From the NCBI GenBank assembly GCA_951406725.2, contig OX597815.1, positions 32,116,001 to 32,180,000 of the forward strand: DNA of 64,000 bases, in the 5' to 3' direction. Positions 12,044 through 24,119 of the stretch are shown piece after piece. Numbering within the stretch: the stretch's first letter is position 1; each line of letters begins with the position of its first letter. The notes under the pieces are model-generated. The model made no database searches. It was not told where the DNA came from and was given only the letters and a program-made list of their open reading frames with translations. The stretch comes from Octopus vulgaris (lineage: Eukaryota). The position numbers were made by a program, and so were the translations under genes.

Positions 12044-12630
12044 TGTAACGAACTTGATGTGAGTTATGAATATCTTGTCTTGTACTTTCGGGGTACAAGA
12101 AAGCAATCTCTCACTAGCCGTTGCTTTAATAATCCAGAATCTCTACTAGTCAGAAACAACAAGACGCAGACGTAAAATATATATATACTACTTTATTCTC
12201 TTTCTTGGTAACAATAACAATAAGTGTGTTATCTGATGTCCTTGGTTCGGGGCGCGCGAGGCTGAAAGTAAATCGATTGTAATATTTACAATGTCCAGCC
12301 GCCAAAAACAGAAAGGGGTCAAGATGGCGTCGAACAGGGAAGTTGAATGTGGTCGGCAACAATTTGGTTAAAGGCATTCGGCCGACTGCTGCTATCAACC
12401 GGAGAGAAAATATATCGTGACCGCCGCCTTCAATCGCTGGGTCCGAAGTCGTCGCTTGCTGCTGCTAGTGGTCAAACGTTCTACGATCCCCCCTGCCTTG
12501 GCCAGGGTCGTGCTTCCGGTGGTTCGCGCATGCGCGAGGGCCCTTCCTTTCTGTGCCTTGGTAAAGGCACCAACACGCGCGAAATACAAATGGACGGTGC
12601 GCGAGCGCGCGCCGTTGTAGGATCACTACA
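12044..12630 (-). repeat. LTR copy 2 (shared middle LTR)
   Basis: Near-identical to LTR1 and LTR3; flanked by a PBS on one side and a PPT on the other. Confidence 0.9.
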
Positions 12631-14119
12631 GGCTCCCTCCAGTGCGTACGCACGAAAGGAAACTTATTGTAGTGACTGCAAAACTCAAGGTGGACACCAG
12701 ATAACCAAATAGCACACAATAATATAATTGCAAAATTTATAACATACACAAGAAATTTACTAAAGGAAAAAGAGAAAAAATACTCAATGAGCAAAAATCA
12801 AGAGTGCATGCATGAAAGTGTATACGTCACAAAGTATAGAACCTTCCGCTGAAGGGAGCGGAAGAAAAGGCAGAACTCACAGTTATTGAACCTAAACGAA
12901 ATTAAAATCCAACTTCTCTAAAAGTAGTTGATCCTGCGAAATAGCAGTTAAATCAATTGCTGCAGGAGAGGAAATGGAATTGACAGAAGCTCGCTAGTAA
13001 CACAAAAAGGCAAAAGTGCAAACATGCTGGTGTGATGCGCGACACAGATAATTTTCTGTTAATTACGTGACCAACAGTGGTCTAACAGGGAAAAATAATT
13101 ACGCCTAAACATGGCGCAGCGCATGTGAACATCCGACGTCTATGAGTCGGGAAAAGAATTAATCTAGCGCAAACGTGTTGCAATATTCAAGGCAATACAC
13201 GTGCGAAGCAAAAGGCGCATGAAATGCAATAAGGGCTTGCCAGACCGAAAAAACAGCAAGAATATGCCAGTGGTTAAGCGATTATATGCCTCGTTCGTAC
13301 AGGAACAAAGGTATGACATGCTGGCGCGTTATAATGGACAAACAACCCTCTCTATGTATACGTGACCGCTAGGGTCTATAGAAATGAGGGGTGTCCACAA
13401 AAGGCAAATTTAGCATGGAACAAACAAGCGAGAAAAGCATGTGTGACGTATGTATGTGAGAGAGAGCATTTATGTGTGTGTACGTGTGTGCGACAGAAAT
13501 ACATACAAGGTGAATGCGAGCAAAATATAAAAACAGCGCATAGAAAAAAATGTCTCTCAGGTGCTATTTCAGACAAGAATTAATTTACCAGTCTGTAATA
13601 GCCTGATGCACAATAGCAGTTCGTTCTGTAACAGAAATGTTGAAATCACAAAATGCAGATGCCGGTTGAACACATATCGTGTCGCGGTTGTGGCTTCAAT
13701 GCTGTGACAGGTTAACTGGAACAGAAGAAATCTCGTAGATAGTGCTGGGCTGTGAATTCTTGGTGTGCTAATGCACAAACGGCAAGTGGACCAAACTTCC
13801 GCGAGTTGCTATGTACATCTTGTGGAGGTCGACGGTGTTGAAAGGCGACAGTGGTGGAGGAAGGCGACTGTAGTGGACTTGGGACAACATCGTTCTTAGT
13901 GATGATGGCGACGAAGATAGTGACGACGTGAAGTAGACAGACGACGATGATGACGTTCGTCATATTGGCTGTAGAATAAGAAAGAGGCTCCTTCTACAAC
14001 TGTTTGTGGTGGCCGGAAACAAATCGTCGAAAGATGAATGCGTAGAGTTAAATCGTGTTCCGACTTCGCAGAAAAACTGGATTTTTTTGTTGATAAGTGA
14101 TCTCTGGTTTTAGACCAGA

Positions 14120-14139
14120 ATCACGTCGGGAGGTCACCA
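14120..14139 (-). promoter_or_regulatory. Primer-binding site, tRNA-Trp type (second unit)
   Basis: Identical to 12022-12041. Confidence 0.85.
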
Positions 14140-14141
14140 GT

Positions 14142-14729
14142 TGTAACGAACTTGATGTGAGTTATGAATATCTTGTCTTGTACTTTCGGGGTACAAGAAA
14201 GCAATCTCTCACTAGCCGTTGCTTTAATAATCCAGAATCTCTACTAGTCAGAAACAAAAAGACGCAGACGTAAAATATATATATACTACTTTATTCTCTT
14301 TCTTGGTAACAATAACAATAAGTGTGTTATCTGATGTCCTTGGTTCGGGGCGCGCGAGGCTGAAAGTAAATCGATTGTAATATTTACAATGTCCAGCCGC
14401 CAAAAACAGAAAGGGGTCAAGATGGCGTCGAACAGGGAAGTTGAATGTGGTCGGCAACAATTTGGTTAAAGGCATTCGGCCGACTGCTGCTATCAACCGG
14501 AGAGAAAATATATCGTGACCGCCGCCTTCAATCGCTGGGTCCCAAGTCGCCGCTTGCTTCTGCTAGTGGTCAAACGTTCTACGATCCCCCTGCCTTGACC
14601 AGGGTCGTGCTTCCGGTGGTTCGCGCATGCGCGAGAGGGCCCTTCCTTTCTGTGCCTTGGTAAAGGCACCAACACGCGCGAAATACAAATGGACGGTGCG
14701 CGAGCGCGCGCCGTTGTAGGATCACTACA
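14142..14729 (-). repeat. LTR copy 3 (5' LTR)
   Basis: TGTAACGAAC...GATCACTACA followed by the TGTA TSD. Confidence 0.9.
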
Positions 14730-15057
14730 TGTACATTAGTAAAACTCGAGAACTACCAAACCGATTTCATTCAAATTTTACACATGCCTTACTTAAGGCA
14801 CATACAGAATCAAGGGCCAAAACAATTTTCGACTTCTTGCTTAATGCGAGCCCGGAGCATTCTCCTATCTCTTACACTGTTTCAGTATTACGTGTCAAGA
14901 GTGAAACAATAACATCTATATTGTAATGTGTGATAATACTTTCAGTTTTAATAGTGAAACTACCAATACTTCCTATATGTATATAATACATACATAATGA
15001 AACTATCAATACTGACACTATTATATCAATTATATGCGCATACAAATATATTTTATG

Positions 15058-15088
<31 letters not shown>

Positions 15089-15219
15089 AGTTCAGCAAAA
15101 TTTAGATTCAAATGAATATGGTACTTAAATTAGATGCACCAGAATTTTGTATTTAATAAAATGATGTAGTGCGAAACGATCGTACTAAATTACAGAAATT
15201 ATTCTTGTTGCTTATTTTG

Positions 15220-15267
<48 letters not shown>

Positions 15268-15275
15268 TATATATT

Positions 15276-15316
<41 letters not shown>

Positions 15317-15343
15317 AAGCTTATATTTAGATTTATATATATA

Positions 15344-15714
15344 CTAGCAGTATCCCCCGGCGTTGCTTGGGTTTGTAAGGGAAATAACTATATAAGCATT
15401 TTTAGAGAGTTATAGCCCAAAAATAGCAAAAAATGCATTAAATCGTTTTTTTTTTAAATCGTTGACTCATCGTAGACATTTTTAGAGAGTTACTTCCCTT
15501 ATATAATAGCGAAAAAATGCATTAAAATGGAAAAAAATGATGTTAAATTTTTTTAAATCGTAGACTTATCGTAGACGCGCGCTAATACCCAGAAGGGCTC
15601 GATATGAATCACGACTATAAGATACCCGGTTTTGGTTACACTGCACCGCAAAATGTGGGAGTAGTTAGGAATCTAAATCGTAGGAGACAGACACAACTTC
15701 ACTTTTATATATAA

Positions 15715-15717
<3 letters not shown>
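15344..15717 (-). mobile_element. Non-autonomous Helitron
   Basis: Minus strand starts TCTTTATATATAAAA and ends with a hairpin plus CTAG|T; homologous to 19923-20439. Confidence 0.85.
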
Positions 15718-15803
<86 letters not shown>

Positions 15804-16358
15804 ATATACATATATATATATATTATTATATGTATATATATGTATATATATAAAGCTTATATTTAGATTGCCTGGTGTAAAAGTAACCCTAGCTTGGATC
15901 AATGTTTGGAGGCCTCCTCAGAACTGCACAACGAAATTAGGCTACACAGATACACATATTAACGGGTTTCAGTGATGATATAGTGGATAAGAGCGTAACT
16001 ATTCTGAAGTTTAAGAACAAAGTTTCCGGGTTCGAATCTGCTCTGGTATCAGGGTACATATCCAAGAATAAGACAGCTGACAAGGATCATGGATCACACT
16101 AGATGAAACGTAGAATAGATGTAAATATTAAAACATCTTCTATCTCTAAAATTGGGATTAATAGTTAATAGTCTGGACTATTATAATCGCATTAACAACT
16201 CTCACTACACAAACAAACACACACATACACGTTTATACAACACACACAACATACACGCACTTATTTCTCATTACTGAGTGCTTTTTTCTGACATACGAAC
16301 AGCTGATAATATATACGCATGTATGTATCACACATACACAAATATATGTACGTATGCA

Positions 16359-16390
<32 letters not shown>

Positions 16391-16649
16391 CACACACATG
16401 CATACGTACATATATTTGTGTCTGAGATGTGCAGTTCTTAATGCGATTAAAAAATTTAGGGTGCATGTGTGTGTGCGCGCACGTGCCTGTTCGGGCTTTC
16501 CAGCGCAGATAAGTAATTTTGTTACTTACAAACTTTTGGCTGACAGAATCTGTAAAGAAAGTATAAATGTATTCATTTATTGAATAAGGGTGCAGTTGAT
16601 TAATTGGACTTCAATATCTAACTTGTATTTATTCGCACTAACGTTAGTA

Positions 16650-17095
16650 TATGAAAACCCACAGCTTATTTTGCTGGGTATGCTTGAAAGGGTCAGCTGT
16701 CCACAGCCGGCAGACTAAGGTTACAATTATTTACTGGTCATGCTTCAAGAACCCTGCGAAGAATTCTTGCAGTTCCAAGCAATGCTGATTTTTGTAGGTG
16801 TTCTGCCTTCACACTTGCACCAATCTTTTTCAGCCATATTGATAGTTGAGTGCTGATACTTCCAAGTGCACTGATTACTATTGGTATCGCGTCAACTCTC
16901 TACATTGACCACAACCTTCGTATTTCCCACTTCAAATCGTCATTGTTGTTTATTTTTTCTTCTTTCACATTGATCCTGTTGTCACCTGGGCATGCTATAT
17001 CGATTATCATACATGTTCTTTTTTGTTATTATTCACCACAACAATGTCTGGTCGGGTGATCGCATTGGATCATTGCATCCCACAGGATTTTGTTA
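16650..17095 (-). mobile_element. R4/Dong-clade LINE 3' fragment (restriction-like endonuclease)
   Basis: Interrupted translation KILWD...RPDIVV...IIDIACP...LKWEIRRLW...IPIVISALG...LQKSALLGTARILRRVLEA*. Confidence 0.85.
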
Positions 17096-17130
17096 TTATT
17101 ATTATTGTTGTTGTTGTTGTTATTATTACA

Positions 17131-17341
17131 GAGGCGAGCTGGTAGAATCGTCAGCAGGCTGGACGAAATGCTTATCGGTATTTTGCCTGTCACTACGTTA
17201 CGAGTTCAAATTCCTCTCAGGTCGACATTGCCCTTCATCCTTTCGATGTCAATAGATTAAGGACCAGTGAAACACTGGGGTCAATGTAATCGACTAGTCT
17301 CCTCCCCTCAAATTTGAGGCCTTGTGCCTTCAGTAGAAAGG
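17131..17341 (+). mobile_element. SINE family B
   Basis: GGCGAGCTGGTAGAATCG...GAGTTCAAATTC...GGTCGAC...CCTTCATCCTTTCG. Confidence 0.8.
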
Positions 17342-17400
<59 letters not shown>

Positions 17401-17417
17401 TACTACTGCTGCTGCTG

Positions 17418-17463
<46 letters not shown>

Positions 17464-17518
17464 AACTACTACTACTACTACTACTACTATTATTATTATT
17501 ATTATTATTATTATTATC
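17342..17518. repeat. Compound trinucleotide microsatellite (ATT)n(ACT)n(GCT)n(ACT)n(ATT)n
   Basis: Visible directly. Confidence 0.95.
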
Positions 17519-17662
17519 ATTTAAAGGATTGATGTTATTCCTCCATTAAACAAAGAAACAATAAGAAGAGTGCTACTGTTATCGAATGAACAGTATTTCG
17601 AAATCCCATGTGTCTTCCACAAGTTCAAAATAAACATCTCAAATAATACATATATATCTATC

Positions 17663-17718
<56 letters not shown>

Positions 17719-18669
17719 CGGCTTTCCGCACGTAAGTTTCTGTCGACTAAATTCATTCACAGTCTGATGTATAGTACGAAACAATTGCCCAAAGTGCAGC
17801 TCAGTATGTCTGAACCTGAAATCACGTGATTGCAAAAGAAGCTTCTTAAACCTATACTTCCCCTTGAGTGGTATTTTGACTGCAATACCCAACAGGTGAC
17901 GCGATTGCATAAAAGGCACCCTCAGTGACACGTTGTTGTTATCGTTGTAGTTGCCGTCACTGTTGCCTTTAAACAACACCTACTGTCACCGCCACCTACA
18001 CTACCACCTCCACTTTTGGCATCACTGCCGCCACCACCATCGTCAGTATCGATTTTTTGTCTCTCTCCTTAGACAAGTGTGAATGTTAACCTAAAATACA
18101 TCGCACCGCATGAATCGACCTAACAATTTTATCATATATATGTATATATTTTGTGACCAAATACATTCCCTATTCATTACACTTCCTCTGGAATCCCCTC
18201 TTCACGCTATTAGTCAACACTTCCGGTTTTTAAAGCTAAGACATCGAGGTGTGACAAATTAACATGATAATGTATTTGTTTGTGGCTAGCGTTTTGGAGC
18301 AACAGTTCCGGAACTGGATTTCAGAGTTACGAATCGATTTCTTTTTTCTTTTTGGTGGGCTCTGACACAGCTCCGACACAGCTCTGACACAGCTGTTGTC
18401 AAATATATATTTCCTAAACTAACAATTGCTTATAATAAGATATGTAAAGTAAGCTAATTGCTGTACTTTTGAATCTCATTATCGAGCTAGATTTATTTAT
18501 TCATCTATCTATATATATATATATATATTTATCTATCTATCTATCTATTTATCTATTCGTATATTTTTTTTGTTCATTTACGTGTTAAGTCGACCTCACA
18601 GTTAAATCTTCCACACAAACGAATGATTCATTCATTTATCAATTCATTTAATAATTTCTCCTTTCTATT

Positions 18670-18842
18670 TTGTTTTTCACTTACTGAAATTATTGGACTG
18701 CGGCCATGATGGGGCACCACCTTCAAGAGCTTAGTCAAACAAATCAAGTCCAGTACTTATTTTTTAAGTATGGTACTTATTCTATCAATATCTCTTGTCG
18801 AACTGCTAGGTTACAGAGTCTACATAATAGCGGTCGTCAAGC
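18670..18842 (-). mobile_element. SINE family A, 3' half (diverged)
   Basis: GGACTGCGGCCATGATGGGGCACCACC...GTACTTATTCTATC. Confidence 0.7.
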
Positions 18843-19922
18843 ATTTTGAATTGGTATCTTACAGCTTAAAGCTTCATGCAGAAACCTAGCTCGCCGAGGT
18901 CTTTTAGGCGAATAGAGAGATGCAGGAAGCCCAGGTTGGTTACCGGAAACTGGTTTTGGTCAAGGCGGATCGTATGGTGTTATTAGAAGTGAGTTCGACA
19001 TTCCAGCGACACCAAATGCATCAAAAAGAATTTCTTGAAACACTTGGCTGGACATGAAAGCTGGTGGCAGCTTGCTATCAGGCTGGTCTGTGAAGGTACT
19101 TGCGGCACATCAGATACGTGGCCAGCGATGTGTGTACATTTGTATGTGTGTGTGTGTGTGTGTGCATACCAGCTATGAATGCGTATATGTCGGTGTCTGA
19201 TACCTATGCGTGTGTATCAGCTTTACGTATCTTAGTAGGAGGTGCTTGTGTATGTAAGCTGAAGTGTGGGTGGGAGCTGATGCCATCAGTTCATTGGTGC
19301 GTATGTGCATGTTTGCTAGAGTTTGCGTATATGTGGATGCAACCGTACGTATGGGTGCGGGCTTCTACACAGTTTCCTTCAACAAATTCACTCACTAGGT
19401 ATCGGCCCTACCCCAAGTTACACGTATATGCTAAGTTCCAAACACCAAACTAATAAGGACACAATATTTTACAAAATTCTTTATTATTTAAAAACATTAA
19501 TTGAAACAAAGAAATATGTTAACAGAAGGGTTAACTACCAACTTCAGAACATCTTAAAAGAGAATCTACGCATTTTCCGAGGCGTAAAACACGGTTTTAG
19601 CCCAAGGCAGCTGAAATTTTGTAGGAGGTTCCATGTTTTCAAGAAAGTGAGCTTGTGATTTAATCCAAAATTTGCTGTTTGTAGCGCCTGACAGAAAGTA
19701 ATTAAATATTGAATACCTTCAATCATTGCAAGAGACGTTGAAAAATTTTTCTGATTAAAAAATAATATTGTTAGAATGTGCAATTAGCACATTATTTCGA
19801 CAAAAATAGCTTGTTTTCGCAAAAAAAAATAATAAGAGGACATTTATAATTCAGATTGTTTATGTGTGTATACATGCACATATATGCATATATGTGTATA
19901 TATGTATGGATATATATATATA

Positions 19923-20439
19923 TCTATATATATAAAACTGTAGTTGTGTGAGTGTCTGTCTCCTACGATTTAGATTCCTAACTCCTTCCACATTTTGCGG
20001 TGCAGTTTAACCAAATTCGGGTATCTTATAGTCGTGATTAATATCGAGCCCGTCTGGCTATTAGCGCGCGTCTACGATGAGTCTACGATTTTTAAAATAA
20101 TTTAACATCATTTTTTATTCCATTTTAATGCATAATTTTTCGTGTGTCGATGGCGGCGGAGTTGGCGTCCACGCTCAAACACCTGCACCTGTGTTTGCTT
20201 CTCCCCCTTCTTCCCTCCCTCGTGAAGCTGTGGGGAAGGGAGTTTAAGGAAATCAACGTCGTAATGCGTTGTCAAGGAGACCAGCGTTCTTTTAGAACAA
20301 CGACTTCATGGCTTGAAGACACCAAAACAGAAATGGCTAAGAAAGCCCGAATTGGCATCTATAAGGGAAGTAACTCTCTAAAAATGCTTATATAGTTATT
20401 TCCCTTACAAACCCGAGCAACGCCGGGCGATACTGCTAG
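19923..20439 (+). mobile_element. Non-autonomous Helitron, complete termini
   Basis: A|TC start, subterminal CCCGAGCAACGCCGGG hairpin, CTAG|T end, no TSD. Confidence 0.88.
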
Positions 20440-20805
20440 TATATTATAAAATCCGTTCTGTCTGTGTGTCTTCTAGGATCAAATTTGATATGTAGATACC
20501 GACGGTATCAGGGAGTGTATAAGTCTTGAAAAAATTACAAAAATCGATTCCAGGTGAGAATGCGATCGATAAAGCCGTGGGAACGTGCATTTGTACGCGC
20601 AAGTACATCAGTCGAAATCCGTCTTTTGCTGGTGTATCAAATTTAGGTTAAATCAGTCTTTCTCAAAGGGGAGGCCTATGGGACGGTCGGACAAGTTGTT
20701 TTGAGAAATTTGGTTTAAATGTTTGACAACGCAGCACCGTCCATTGGACGGGGTGGGGGACTTTTGCTCGTGTGTGTATATGTATATATATATATATATA
20801 TATAC

Positions 20806-20872
<67 letters not shown>

Positions 20873-20969
20873 ATATATATAATATAATATAATATAATAT
20901 AAAAATATATAAATATATGCATATATACGTACATATATGTACATACTTATATATGTATATATAATACAT

Positions 20970-21560
20970 ATATGGGTACAGACATAAAAAACGTAGACAA
21001 AATAAGAAACGAGAACATAAAAAACATATAAAGCGTACTTTTTTCTAACAACGAAAGAAACAAACAGAGAAATGAGACAGGCAACATAAAGAGCATTCCC
21101 TCTATCAGTGGTCCCCTATTTTATCTATTCCGCGGTCGAAGGTAGGGACAAGACGCGACTTCGTTAAAACACTCCTTCCAACAAACCAAATTAAATAAAA
21201 TTTGTGATTATATATATGCATACATATATGTACATACTTACATCTATGCGTATATATATGCATATGTGGGCACAGGATGTCATGAAACGTATACAACAAA
21301 AAATACGAAGTATGAGTATATGGAATATGAACTATTTTTTCGAACAACGAAAGACACAAATGGAAAACAAGACAAACAACATAAAGAACGACCCTTCATC
21401 AGTTATTGGCTGTTTTTTTTACTCTCGTATTTCGAGCATTTAACAACAATATACACTTTCGATAAAACAGTTGCTCCCGCAAAGCAAATTAAATAAAATT
21501 TGGGATTTTGCGGAGGATCAAAATTGGTAACACAAACAGGACAGTGAAAACAAACAGTTA
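20970..21560 (-). repeat. Two tandem diverged copies of an unclassified dispersed repeat (related copies ~21975-22170 and ~57870-58095, + strand)
   Basis: Shared CTGANGAAGGG...TTCTTTATGTTG...TGTCCTGTACCCATATATG segments. Confidence 0.55.
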
Positions 21561-21908
21561 GAACTGCTAAGCCTAAAAGGGTTTGTGGTGGCGAACGCGT
21601 AAATCAAGCTTGGACATGAGACAGACAAAGATACATCTTCCTTGTTCCAACTACAATGGAGAGAAAGAAACACAAGTTAGGAGAAGGAAGAACTATGGCC
21701 GATGGTCACGTGGGTGCCACATGAGCAAGGGAGGAGGAGTGAGGGAGAGAGAGTAACAGAGTAATAGGATACAATAGTGGGAGAAGATGAGGTAAAAGAA
21801 TAAGAGAGAGAAAGAGAAAAACGAAAAAGCAAAAAGATCGTATAGAATGCCCATCAGAATTAATATAAAACTTACTTGGAAGAGGATGCGTGGCGTTCAA
21901 TCATATGC

Positions 21909-21941
<33 letters not shown>

Positions 21942-22120
21942 CATGTATATATATTTATACATGTATGTATATTCACCTTCGAAACGTAGGGTAGATGAAA
22001 CCATGGCGACTGAAGAAGGGAATTTTTCCATGTGTTATTTGTCCTGTACTCTATTTTTTTTTTGTTGTTTAAGAAAAATGTCCAGTTCCTTGGGTTTGTG
22101 TCTATGTTTTCATTTCTCAT

Positions 22121-22230
22121 TGTGTTCGACGTTTTTTGGTGTCCTGTACTCATATATGCGTGTATATATACACGTAGAGGTAGGTACGTACATATATGTA
22201 TATATATATATGCATATGTTTTATTTATTA

Positions 22231-22278
<48 letters not shown>

Positions 22279-22338
22279 TAATAAATAAAACATATGCATA
22301 TATATATGTATATATATATGCATATGTTTTATTTATTA

Positions 22339-22378
<40 letters not shown>

Positions 22379-22484
22379 TGAATAAAACATATGCATATAT
22401 ATATACATATATGTACGTACCTACCTCTACGTGTATATATACACGCATATATGAGTACAGGACACCAAAAAAACGTCGAACACA
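22121..22484. repeat. Nested inverted repeat
   Basis: 22121-~22234 is the reverse complement of ~22372-22484; an inner TATGCATATGTTTTATTTATTAATAT unit alternates orientation. Confidence 0.85.
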
Positions 22485-22594
22485 AAAGCTATATATATAT
22501 TTATATATATATATAATATATAATAAATATATATATATATATATATATGTATACTACCTACGTGTTAGTTTCACCGCTTACATTACAATGAACG

Positions 22595-22669
22595 GATGCA
22601 CTGAAGAAGCACGGACATTTGAATTGCGTAAGTAATTCTCTTGTTAAGGCTGAAACCGATGTATGCATT
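22595..22669 (+). ncRNA. Type-I hammerhead ribozyme motif
   Basis: ATGCA-CTGAAGA-AGC...GCT-GAAA-CCGATG-TA-TGCAT. Canonical core, 5-bp helix I, GUA site at 22661-22663. Confidence 0.7.
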
Positions 22670-22823
22670 TAATTCTGTTTTTTATATAAATTTTCATCTG
22701 TCATGCCCGCTAAAGTTGGTTCTGGTGTTCGCTGTATTTTTCCTCTAGAGAATTTCCTTGTAGTTTGATCGTTGATGGTCTATTTCTAGCATACGGCCGA
22801 CTCCCTAGCAGTTAGCCCTGCCA

Positions 22824-22889
<66 letters not shown>

Positions 22890-23371
22890 ACACAAACACA
22901 CAGATATACACACATACAGACACGCACGATTACACACATGTGTTGTGCTTATTCATAAATTGCATTTAGAAGTCAGGTGTTCAATGTCATTTTCATATCA
23001 CATGTTGCCTTGTCACGTGACAGTTCATGTGATTTGCTTTACGCATACGTGTGTGTGTGTGTGTGTGTGTGTATGCGTATGCTCTGTAGGAATTGACATC
23101 GGCTGGAATATGTCACTTAGTCACTGTACAGAACAGAATTCCTAATAGCTTAAATATAAGCCATCCTATTGGAACGTCGCCAGTTTGGCACACAGAGAAA
23201 GTTTCGTGAAAGCAATATTTTCTTAAAGATCAGTAGAACCCAAACCTTTATACGTTCCTACGTTAAAGGTAATCATTTCTTGCAGTGACACTATTACAAA
23301 TATTCCTTGTGAATGAAGTGAATAATCAATTTAGTTGACACCAACACACAGCTGGTATTTATGCTGGTATT

Positions 23372-23603
23372 AAGGCGGCGAGCTGGCAGAATCGTTAGCA
23401 CGCCGGGCGAAATGCGTAGCCGTATTTCGTCTGCCGTTACCTTCTGAGTTCAAATACCGCCGAGGTCGACTTTGCCTTACATCCTTTCGGGGTCGATAAA
23501 TTAAGTACTAGTTACGCACTGGGTTGATGTAATCGACTTAATCCCTTTGTCTGTTCTTGTTTGTCCCCTCTATGTTTAACTCCTTGTGGGTAGTAAAGAA
23601 ATA
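23372..23603 (+). mobile_element. SINE family B, full length, 13-bp TSD
   Basis: GGTATTTATGCTG at 23354-23366 and 23604-23616. Confidence 0.9.
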
Positions 23604-24119
23604 GGTATTTATGCTGTTGATCCCTGAGAAAATGAACAGGGGAAGTTAGCATCGATCACATTTGAACTTAAAACAGTACAACTAAATACCGTATCATCCC
23701 GGTTAACAGCATGATGTACTTGTTATAATGATATATATATTTATATGCAAAGAGGTTATAGTTGAACGGCATCAATATTGAATCAATAATTAATGAATGA
23801 GTCAGGAAACTCTACGTGGTCGCATGAATTTCCAGAAATAGCAGCCAAATGTCTCTGAAATCTTATTCTAGTAATATTATTTTTTGATGGACACATTATA
23901 TAATGTAGCTCTATTTACACAATGAAGGAAAATGCGAAACGTTATGACTCCTTCAAACATAGTTCTGCTGGATTAGGAAAATAATAAAGAGCGACTCTTG
24001 TTGGCTTAAACTTTGATGCTTATTTCAGAGCAAACTTTTATTTAACAATGTTCAGGTAAAATAAAAACAACGTGAGGTAAATGAGTTTGATTTCACTGTT
24101 TACTCTTGTTTGATTTAGG

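Larger units (their letters stand above)
9947..14729 (-). mobile_element. Tandem non-autonomous LTR retroelement: LTR-int-LTR-int-LTR
   Basis: About 2098-bp period. Three TG...CA LTRs, two ~1.51-kb internal regions each with PBS and PPT, TGTA TSD at 9943-9946 and 14730-14733, no long ORF. Confidence 0.92.
9883..15060 (+). mobile_element. Non-autonomous Helitron-like element interrupted by the LTR array
   Basis: A|TCTATATAAATAAAA start and (TCTG)/(TATG) microsatellite at 9883-9946. Resumes at 14730 with AAAACTCGAGAACTACCAAACCGATTTCATTCAAATTTTACAC. 3' CTAG end not found. Confidence 0.5.

Noticed and set aside
15975-16115. tRNA-like head followed by CTGACAA...GAAACGTA (Pol III retrozyme?)
   Set aside because: No cloverleaf, G8 missing, no helix I; probably a decayed SINE.
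19544-19783. Possible exons (plus 19548-19646; minus-strand acceptor near 19750)
   Set aside because: Splice-like signals on both strands, no recognisable protein, no partner exons.
21975-22022. CGAAA...CTGAAGAAGGG as a permuted (type II) hammerhead; also ~21390 and ~57935
   Set aside because: Helices I and III could not be formed consistently across copies.
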